This document shows positions 17,631 through 24,000 of a stretch of 24,000 bases of DNA, in pieces. Source of the stretch: Candidatus Heimdallarchaeota archaeon (lineage in GTDB: Archaea > Asgardarchaeota > Heimdallarchaeia > Heimdallarchaeales > Heimdallarchaeaceae); contig DAOVET010000015.1 in NCBI GenBank assembly GCA_030668825.1, forward strand, positions 135-24,134, read 5' to 3'. Position 1 is the first letter of the stretch. Each line of letters starts with the position of its first letter. Under the pieces are notes generated by a model. The model was given only the letters and a program-made list of their open reading frames with translations, did no database searches and was not told the origin of the DNA. Both the position numbers and the translations under genes were made by a program.

Positions 17631-18635
17631 TTACTCAGATAATTGTAAAACTATTTTGATTGGTTGGGCTAAATTCTTGTCTAGAACGAATACAATAGCC
17701 TTTTTAGAATCCAGCGCATCTTCAAGTAATGATTCAACCTTTAACAGTTTTCCTTGCACCATTAAGTCTGGTTTTTCTAACCCATAAGTCAACATCAATC
17801 TCATTCTGAGCTCTTTTACAGTTTCAGTTGGAAGCGCCACAAACTCGATTTGTTCTAATTTATACATCTCTCCACAGGCTGGACAGTCCTTGGTTTTTTC
17901 TAGTTCTATAATTGTAGTAGCATTATGAAGACCATCATAGAAGAGATAATTTTCCAATTTTTCACCTAGTTCCAGAATTAACTTTATTGTTTCCTGAGCC
18001 ATTATCCCCCCAATAATTGATGATAATGTAGCAACAGCTGGCAATGGTGGCTCTACATCTATTTCTTTCCTCTCCTTTTTCCTTTCTTCCCCAAATGGAG
18101 AGCATGCTTGAGCTAACTCTTCGTCTGGTACCAAAGGCTGGCATTCGAAACAAGCTGTTTCATACGGAATAATTACTTGTGCATTACCCAAGAAAGCAAA
18201 CATACCCCCCATAACAAGTGGTTTTTTTACTCGAATAGCCATCGAATTGATCCATCTTCTTCCAATAAAAGTATCTAAACAAGCCACTATAACATCTGCT
18301 TGCTCATAAACTGATACTGAAATATTCTCCATCTTTTTATGATAAAAATCAATCTCGATTTTGGGGTTTATTTCTTTCAATCTTTGTACAGCTGTTTCTG
18401 ATTTTGATTTACCAACATCCTCATCTTTGAACAATAATTGTCGATTTAGATTCGAAACTTCAATTGTATCAAAATCAATAATCGTAAGTTTACCTATTCC
18501 TGAAGAGACAAGTACAGTTGCTGCATAGCTCCCTATTGCTCCAACCCCCACTAGAACAACAGAACTATTGTCAAGTTTTAGTTGATCCCATCCTGGAATA
18601 AGTTGTTGTCTTGAGTAGCGCTCATCTCCATCCAT
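17631..18635 (-). CDS. E1-like ubiquitin-activating enzyme (ThiF/MoeB/UBA family)
   Basis: 'VVLVGVGAIGSYAATVLVSSGIGKLTIIDFDTIEVSNLNRQLLF', Zn ligand pairs 'CFEC' and 'CPAC', likely catalytic Cys178 in 'ELAQACSP'; C-terminal ubiquitin-fold-like extension. Confidence 0.92.
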   Translation of the reverse strand: MDGDERYSRQQLIPGWDQLKLDNSSVVLVGVGAIGSYAATVLVSSGIGKLTIIDFDTIEVSNLNRQLLFKDEDVGKSKSETAVQRLKEINPKIEIDFYHKKMENISVSVYEQADVIVACLDTFIGRRWINSMAIRVKKPLVMGGMFAFLGNAQVIIPYETACFECQPLVPDEELAQACSPFGEERKKERKEIDVEPPLPAVATLSSIIGGIMAQETIKLILELGEKLENYLFYDGLHNATTIIELEKTKDCPACGEMYKLEQIEFVALPTETVKELRMRLMLTYGLEKPDLMVQGKLLKVESLLEDALDSKKAIVFVLDKNLAQPIKIVLQLSE

Positions 18636-18774
18636 TTAATGAACTCCTTGAATGACTCACATAGAAAGAACTGATATAAGTTTCTTTTTACTATCACACT
18701 GAAAACAACGAGAAAATCTATAAAAAGAGCTTTTTATGAAAGAAAATTAAATTAAAAGAAGTGGTTAGATAAAA

Positions 18775-19011
18775 CTAAAGTCCACCTTTAGTTCTAGCAA
18801 TAAGATAGCATTTATCGCCATCCATCATTCCTGTTTGTTTTAGTATCTCACTGTCATCAAGTTGCTTACCATGGAAAACTATAATGACGGTGTTCGCAGG
18901 AATTTTCTTCTTTTTAGCAACTTCTCTCTTTAATTGAGCAACTGTTGAATGTGGATCAACATCTAAATCTATTTTTCCTCCACCAATTGCTGTTACTACA
19001 GTTATTCTCAC
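18775..19011 (-). CDS. Ubiquitin-like modifier protein, C-terminus ...RTKGG-L
   Basis: 78 aa, GTG start; beta-grasp pattern 'STVAQLKREVAKKKKIPANTVIIVFHGKQLDDSEILKQTGMMDGDKCYLI' plus diglycine one residue before the end. Confidence 0.93.
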   Translation of the reverse strand: MRITVVTAIGGGKIDLDVDPHSTVAQLKREVAKKKKIPANTVIIVFHGKQLDDSEILKQTGMMDGDKCYLIARTKGGL

Positions 19012-19120
19012 TTTTGTTCACACCTAAATCTTTCTAAATTTCTATTAACATATTCATTCTTAAAGCTTACCAAATTGTTCTGCGTTTTTTGAATTTGCAA
19101 AAGTTTGAAGTTTTGGGGAA

Positions 19121-19519
19121 TTAATAGGTTGTCTTCTTTTCCCTTTCTCCCTTTCTTTTTATTGTTATAGAGGAAGGAATCCCCTCTATCTCTCTTTCTA
19201 GCTTTTTGACACCTAATCTCGATATCTGTTTTCCCTCAAGAAAACCAATCTTAATCATATATAACACGTTTTTGAAAATTGTTTCTGCAGTTGGTTTTTT
19301 AGATAGATTCTCATAGAGATTGATCCAGTAATTATAAGCATCTGGGCCCAAAAAATATTCCATTAACGCCAATTTATCTTTTTCTTCTATACTTGCTGGA
19401 GATTCTTCTGCCTCTTTTAACTCTTCCATACGCTGTTTTCTTTGTTCAGCAATTTGCATTAATTCTTTTGCTTTTCTTTGCTTAATTTTCTCCAGTTCAT
19501 CATCAGTTGTCATTGGCAA
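19121..19519 (-). CDS. PDCD5 (TFAR19)-like DNA-binding-family protein
   Basis: 'DDELEKIKQRKAKELMQ...LALMEYFLGPDAYNYWINLYENLSKKPTAETIFKNVLYMIKIGFLEGKQISRLGVKKLEREIEG..SITIKRKG' follows the archaeal PDCD5 layout (ILTPEAR...Q.L..LA..G.I..KI...L...L). Confidence 0.55.
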   Translation of the reverse strand: MPMTTDDELEKIKQRKAKELMQIAEQRKQRMEELKEAEESPASIEEKDKLALMEYFLGPDAYNYWINLYENLSKKPTAETIFKNVLYMIKIGFLEGKQISRLGVKKLEREIEGIPSSITIKRKGEREKKTTY

Positions 19520-19580
19520 TCTTCAGCACAAAGCAAGGAATCAAGTTATTAAACTTATTTTTTTATCACTTAAAGCAGTC

Positions 19581-20275
19581 CTAAGATTTGTTTATAGGTA
19601 AATGTTTCTTAACAGTTAGGAATCTAGATAAAACATTAAATTTTTCTGCATATTTTACTCCACACTTCATTCCATTGGATCGCCGATTAACATCTAACCA
19701 ATCATCAACTTGTTGCCAATCATAAAAATCACCATAAAGTTTGGCTACTTCCTTAACTTTCTCAAAAGAGGAGGTTATATCTATGTAGATTGTTGGCAAA
19801 GGTGATACTTCCTCATGATACATGAAGATTGGAATATGAAGTGGAGGTCTATAAGGATCTAGCGGCTCTGTTATCTTTGGAATACGCGCATATGTGATTG
19901 CATCATAGAGTATTTGAGCAGTTCCTCTGTGATTCGGATGTCTTGTGTTCATTGACCATGTTACTACTGCATCTGGTTTGACCTCAGCTATCACTTTAGC
20001 CATTTTCAGTGCACTTTCTCTTGTAGCTCTCACGGATGTATCACCATATCCTAGAAAAAGAGTTTCACAACCAATTATCTTCCCAACATCTTTCCCTTGT
20101 TTTTCTCTTATTTCTTTCACTTCAGAAAAAGACATATCGTTAAAATGTGAAGCCATTTCACCACTAGCACAACTTTATCTCCCTTCTCAACATGATTAAC
20201 TAAAGTACCTATGCACCCAACTTCATCATCAGGGTGTGCTACACATGCTAAAATTGTTTTTCTTCCAGTATTCAT
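19581..20275 (-). pseudogene. PIG-L/LmbE-family deacetylase, interrupted by a frameshift (or assembly error)
   Basis: Track ORF 19581..20156 lacks the catalytic N-terminus. A second frame, ATG at 20275 to stop 20117..20119, encodes 'MNTGRKTILACVAHPDDEVGCIGTLVNHVEKGDKVVLVV...' with the AHPDDE metal-binding motif. Confidence 0.75.
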
Positions 20276-20423
20276 TGAGATATCTTACCTTTTGAGTTTT
20301 TAAATTTCTTCTTTTATTAATTTTAATTTTTATCACTTTGAATTAAGTCTCTTGCCAAAAAATACTTTAAATAATCAAAACAAAACATAACAGACAAGAA
20401 CGCTTTGTCTTGAGGCCATCTTA

Positions 20424-21044
20424 ATGTATGATGAACATAGAACTCAAAAAGTTGCTCGAATTATAGAAATCCCCATTCCTCTTGAGTTCTTCGATATGTT
20501 GCAGGATTTGGTTTCATACTATGGGAATAATGATAAAGCAGTTTTAGAGTCTATCAAGGCACATCATAAGGAAATGTTCGGCTCATTGGATGATTTTAGA
20601 ATACAGATAGCGTCAACAGTCTCCAGAGGAGTGAAAACGGTTTCTGGGATGAATACCCCTGTTACGGATGGTAGATTAGCTAGAATCATTGAGAATGGTA
20701 AGAAATTTGAACAAAAAACCCAGAAAGAAATTGAAAAAGTGGATAAATTACTTAATAAACTTGAAAATACTACTGTTTTTAAGGAATTGAAAGAAGAAAT
20801 CTCTTCAATGAAAAGTATGATTGAGAGAATACAATCTACAGGGGTAATCACACAAAAACCTAGAGGTCCCAAAGCAGATCTTTCTTCTTTGGAAATAGAA
20901 ATTGATGATTCAGTAACAGGATCAATGTCTCCACCAGAAAGACCCTTGCTTGATACAGTTCTAGATAGTATGCTTTTCTTTGATGATGAAGAATTAGCTG
21001 AAGATTCTGAAGAAGAAATCAAAAAAGAAACAGAAGAAAATTAA
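20424..21044 (+). CDS. Hypothetical coiled-coil protein with acidic C-terminus
   Basis: 206-aa ORF with a TATA-like element (CTTTAAATAA) about 55 nt upstream; central coiled coil 'KKFEQKTQKEIEKVDKLLNKLENTTVFKELKEEISSMKSMIERIQ'. Confidence 0.65.
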   Translation: MYDEHRTQKVARIIEIPIPLEFFDMLQDLVSYYGNNDKAVLESIKAHHKEMFGSLDDFRIQIASTVSRGVKTVSGMNTPVTDGRLARIIENGKKFEQKTQKEIEKVDKLLNKLENTTVFKELKEEISSMKSMIERIQSTGVITQKPRGPKADLSSLEIEIDDSVTGSMSPPERPLLDTVLDSMLFFDDEELAEDSEEEIKKETEEN

Positions 21045-21045
21045 T

Positions 21046-21582
21046 TTATTTTTTTGATTGATTGACTAATAATTGTGCAATATTAGTGAAAGCTTCCTCT
21101 ACTTGATTTCCAGTTAATGCACTTGTTCTGATGCTAAAATGGCTTTTTATTTTTGTGTGAACTGCATCATATTCTTTTTTTGAAACAGCAATTTGATTTT
21201 TTAAATCTTCTTTATTACCAATAAGAACTTTGATTACATCTTTACCACAGTTATCTACAAATTCTTTTTCCCACTTTTGAACATCTTTGAGAGTTGCAGC
21301 TCTTGTTAAATCATAAACTAATAATGCTGCCCTTGCCCCTTTATAGAATGTGTGTCGGATGAAACGAAACCTTTCTTGCCCTGCTAAATCCCAGATAGAA
21401 AGAGCAACTCTTGTTCCATCTTCTAAATCTATGTGTTTTTCAGACGGTTCCATGCCGATAGTCATAAGGTAGGAACTATCAAATCTATCGTGAACAAATC
21501 GTTGTACTAAACTTGTTTTACCAACAGCTGCGGATCCTAATAATAAGATTTTGTAGTTGTAATCTGGTTGAATTTTACTCAT
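21046..21582 (-). CDS. Rab/Ras-like small GTPase
   Basis: G1 'GSAAVGKTS', G3 'WDLAGQERFRF', G4 'GNKEDL', G5 'TSAL'; no C-terminal Cys prenylation motif. Confidence 0.95.
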   Translation of the reverse strand: MSKIQPDYNYKILLLGSAAVGKTSLVQRFVHDRFDSSYLMTIGMEPSEKHIDLEDGTRVALSIWDLAGQERFRFIRHTFYKGARAALLVYDLTRAATLKDVQKWEKEFVDNCGKDVIKVLIGNKEDLKNQIAVSKKEYDAVHTKIKSHFSIRTSALTGNQVEEAFTNIAQLLVNQSKK

Positions 21583-21583
21583 T

Positions 21584-21895
21584 TTACTCCTCTTCTAGTA
21601 GTTTAGCTATTCTTTCCAAATCCTCTATGAGACTATCTAAATAAAACTTTTCAAAACTACCCTCAGCTCTGTCAATAGTACTTAGAGAAATACAGAGATC
21701 TTCAATGGCTTCTTTGTGTTCTTTTTCTTGTTGTGTCGGTAAATAGCTCTTTATTTTTCTTAGAACTTTTTTTGCCATTCCTGAAGTGAGTTTGCGATTA
21801 ATTGTACCTTCTTGATAAGCTTGTACTGTAGAGCGCATCCATAAAGCCACGTTATACAAATTGTCAATCTCATCGGGAGGGGAAATAGTGGTCAT
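21584..21895 (-). CDS. Hypothetical helical protein co-transcribed with the small GTPase
   Basis: 103 aa, stop codon 1 bp before the GTPase start on the same strand. Confidence 0.65.
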   Translation of the reverse strand: MTTISPPDEIDNLYNVALWMRSTVQAYQEGTINRKLTSGMAKKVLRKIKSYLPTQQEKEHKEAIEDLCISLSTIDRAEGSFEKFYLDSLIEDLERIAKLLEEE

Positions 21896-21961
21896 TACAG
21901 CTAAGAAAAGTTTACAAGATTAATATAATTTGTGTTGAATGGGATTAAAAGAAAATAGTAG

Positions 21962-21986
21962 AAAAAAAAAGAGGGGAAACCCCTCT
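21962..21986 (-). terminator. Hairpin followed by poly-U, downstream of the winged-helix gene
   Basis: Minus strand reads AGAGGGG-TTT-CCCCTCT-TTTTTTTT: perfect 7-bp stem, 3-nt loop, U tract. Confidence 0.7.
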
Positions 21987-22028
21987 CACACTCCCTATAT
22001 TTACGGAGCCTAAGACTCCAGCATAAAC

Positions 22029-22301
22029 TTAAGCTGTTTGACTAACTTGAGCTTTTTCTCCTACGAGAAACTCAAAGTTGTCACGTATTGCAGGATCCAA
22101 GTAATAGAATACACTACGCATATCTGATAAATTGGACATTTTCTTAAGGATTCCTTTCTCAAGCAACCTTCTAATACCGTAACGGACAGTCCTTTCGGGT
22201 TGGCTTACTGACCCAAGGATTTGCTTCTGAGTCATAGGGCCGCTTACATCTAAGACTTTAATTATGTCTTCTCCACCGCGTGGAAGTTTTCGTCTTTTCA
22301 T
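22029..22301 (-). CDS. Small winged-helix transcriptional regulator
   Basis: 90 aa; 'DIIKVLDVSGPMTQKQILGSVSQPERTVRYGIRRLLEKGILKKMSNLSDMRSVFYYL' is a canonical wHTH. Confidence 0.8.
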   Translation of the reverse strand: MKRRKLPRGGEDIIKVLDVSGPMTQKQILGSVSQPERTVRYGIRRLLEKGILKKMSNLSDMRSVFYYLDPAIRDNFEFLVGEKAQVSQTA

Positions 22302-22406
22302 TTTTTACACCTTTTTTGATGTTCAACCACTTGGAATGGTTGTCTTACTCTTTAGAGCTCGTCTAAGAGTCGAATTTTGTTAGCGATACTGTTTCCTAAC
22401 GTTAAC

Positions 22407-22457
22407 CCTTATAAAGTTTTGGGAGGTCCAAAACGGCTTTCTTACGGGGTTTTGGAC
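22407..22457 (-). promoter_or_regulatory. Promoter plus inverted-repeat operator candidate for the winged-helix gene
   Basis: Minus-strand TATA-like CTTTATAAGG with abutting GTTTTGG(22416..22422)-gaggt-CCAAAAC(22428..22434), and a further GTTTTGG at 22449..22455. Confidence 0.5.
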
Positions 22458-22604
22458 ACTTTTCTATGTATCGCCTATACGTATACAACATTATCGGTTA
22501 AAAATGTGAATTTACCCGTTTCTAATGTTCTAGCAGTAATATTAACGCATTTCCACTTATATAGTTTTCTCAAAAAAGTGCAAAAAGGTGCAAAAAAAGA
22601 TAAA

Positions 22605-22612
22605 TTTATATA
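22605..22612 (+). promoter_or_regulatory. TATA-box candidate upstream of the two membrane-protein genes
   Basis: TTTATATA within GATAAATTTATATATC; predicted start about 22635, giving a leader of roughly 130 nt before the GTG at 22766. Confidence 0.4.
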
Positions 22613-22765
22613 TCATTCTTTGGCTTTTTTGCGTTTTTCAAAAGAAAAAATGTGTGATAATCACAACTTTGTAGCAGAAAATGCTTTACTGTGTTAAATC
22701 ATTTTTTTCTAATTGCTTTTATGTAATTCAGTTAAACTTAAAACCGTCTCATCTTTCTTTAGTTT

Positions 22766-23164
22766 GTGACTGAATTTAAAAAAAGGCATCTGCTGTTGAT
22801 TTATGGTTCTGCCTATGTTATAATTGCTTTTATCTTAACTTTTCTCTTCACAGCAATTATTGGAGATTGGACATTTCGTGGTTTCATATTGAACTTCAGT
22901 ATGTGGGGGATTATTTGGATTGTTTCAATGTTTGGTTATCCAATGTTCTTTTTAGATGCAGACCCCACAACTCTTTCAATTGATCCAGCTTTTTCCGTAC
23001 TAGCTTATTTCGTAATTATAGCTGGTTTATTTATAACATATCAACTTCATGTAAAAACCATTGAGAATAAACTGAGTAAAGAACTATCTATAGGCAAGAT
23101 ACTAAATTTGTATTTTCCAATTAAGAAAAAATCAGCTACTGAAACTGGGGGTAATAAGAAATGA
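22766..23164 (+). CDS. Hypothetical membrane protein (about 3 TM)
   Basis: 132 aa with hydrophobic segments; GTG start; followed by an overlapping ORF. Confidence 0.65.
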   Translation: MTEFKKRHLLLIYGSAYVIIAFILTFLFTAIIGDWTFRGFILNFSMWGIIWIVSMFGYPMFFLDADPTTLSIDPAFSVLAYFVIIAGLFITYQLHVKTIENKLSKELSIGKILNLYFPIKKKSATETGGNKK

Positions 23165-23757
23165 AGCACGATTATCGAATCTTCTCCAAAAACGTCTATG
23201 GTATAATATCTGCACTAATTTGGTTGCTTACAACCTTTATTTTTGCAATAGATATAATTCATTATTTCAAGCTTTATTCTCATATTAACAGTTACAAAGT
23301 GACAGCTCTAACTCATCATTATGACCTCAGTCCAGCAATGACAATAACTTTGATCCTGGCTATAAGTTTCGTTGTTGGGAGTTTAGTTTTCCTTGGAAAT
23401 CTTGTTCTCTTATCATATATAAAACTGAAAAAATACTATACATTTGCACTTCCATTAATAACAATCATTCTGGTTCTAGCGATAATCCTACCATTGACAA
23501 ATTACACACTTGATATTATGCTTGATTTTAATTTTCAAAGACCGATTACTAATTTCCATTTTTTTAGGGTTAGATTAGATTCAGGGTTTCCGAGAGTTAT
23601 TCTTGAAACATTATCCAATGATATCTATCTACACTTATATCGAAATCTACCACTTGACTATGCAATTTTCTGGTTGCAAATTATATTCCCTGTGATAGCA
23701 TCTGTTTTCCAATTCCTAGGAATTAAAAAAACTGAAAAGGATGAAAAGGAAAAGTAA
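23161..23757 (+). CDS. Hypothetical membrane protein (about 4-5 TM)
   Basis: 198 aa; ATGA overlap with the previous gene; several hydrophobic segments. Confidence 0.7.
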   Translation: MKHDYRIFSKNVYGIISALIWLLTTFIFAIDIIHYFKLYSHINSYKVTALTHHYDLSPAMTITLILAISFVVGSLVFLGNLVLLSYIKLKKYYTFALPLITIILVLAIILPLTNYTLDIMLDFNFQRPITNFHFFRVRLDSGFPRVILETLSNDIYLHLYRNLPLDYAIFWLQIIFPVIASVFQFLGIKKTEKDEKEK

Positions 23758-23780
23758 CAATTCCATTTTCCTTTTCTTTC

Positions 23781-24000
23781 ATGTCAGATGAAAAACTTAA
23801 TCTAATCATTTTTTTACAGAATCATGTGTCATTCAAAATAGGTTTTCTAGTTAATCCTATTGCAGGAATAGGTGGAAAGAAAGGCTGGAAAGGAACTGAT
23901 TTAATTGAAGATGCATGGGAGTATTTTGAGGGTGGGGAGAAATATTCCTTTGAAAGAGTGAAAAAAGCACTCTCTTCATTATCGTCCTCGTTACCTCTTA
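23781..24000 (+). CDS. ATP-NAD kinase-like protein, N-terminal part (truncated by window edge)
   Basis: Open frame from ATG 23781: 'MSDEKLNLIIFLQNHVSFKIGFLVNPIAGIGGKKGWKGTDLIEDAWEYFEGG...'; 'GFLVNPIAGIGG..G.KGTD' is characteristic of the archaeal NadK-like family. Confidence 0.7.
   Translation, partial: MSDEKLNLIIFLQNHVSFKIGFLVNPIAGIGGKKGWKGTDLIEDAWEYFEGGEKYSFERVKKALSSLSSSLPL

Noticed and set aside
20564-21022. 152-aa - strand ORF antisense to the 206-aa coiled-coil gene
   Set aside because: Ser/Ile/Leu-rich mirror translation of an acidic coiled-coil gene; the + strand ORF has the better promoter and composition.
22377-22697. 106-aa + strand ORF (MLAILFPNVNPYK...)
   Set aside because: Overlaps the palindrome-rich promoter region of the wHTH gene and a likely internal promoter; low-complexity, no family resemblance.
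1-24000. Search for CRISPR arrays, tRNA/rRNA genes, transposases, toxin-antitoxin or phage defence genes
   Set aside because: No regularly spaced repeats, no recognised cloverleaf/GGTTCGAATC-type T-loop contexts, and no transposase or defence-family motifs seen by eye; a tRNAscan/Infernal run would be needed to exclude small RNAs.

Overview
AT-rich archaeal window. Its gene content strongly indicates an Asgard archaeon (inference, no phylogeny run). The centrepiece is a ubiquitin-ESCRT supercluster at about 11.6-19.0 kb. On the + strand are two ESCRT-III (Snf7-family) genes, Vps4 (MIT + AAA) and Vps25. On the - strand, converging on them with a 15-bp gap, are Vps22/EAP30, a small helical ORF, a UEV/E2-like + coiled-coil + steadiness-box-like + Vps28-like fusion protein, an E1-like enzyme, a ubiquitin-like protein ending in GG-L, and a PDCD5-like protein. 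Most of these components are known from published Asgard ubiquitin/ESCRT work. Less expected details are: the apparent single-chain Vps23-Vps28 fusion, whose UBC fold keeps HPN but has Ser where the catalytic Cys should be; a small uncharacterised helical ORF inside the ESCRT-I/II block; a C-terminal beta-grasp-like extension on the E1; a nearby B-box/coiled-coil (TRIM-like) protein; a V-type ATPase subunit I with a duplicated cytosolic half; and a PIG-L-type deacetylase whose HPDDE motif is separated by a frameshift. Also present are V-ATPase C and K subunits, apgM, an aminotransferase, an EamA transporter, Roadblock and Rab-like GTPase genes, a small winged-helix regulator with adjacent inverted repeats and a hairpin/poly-U terminator, and a partial ATP-NAD kinase-like gene at the right edge. 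No tRNA, rRNA, CRISPR array or transposase was recognised.
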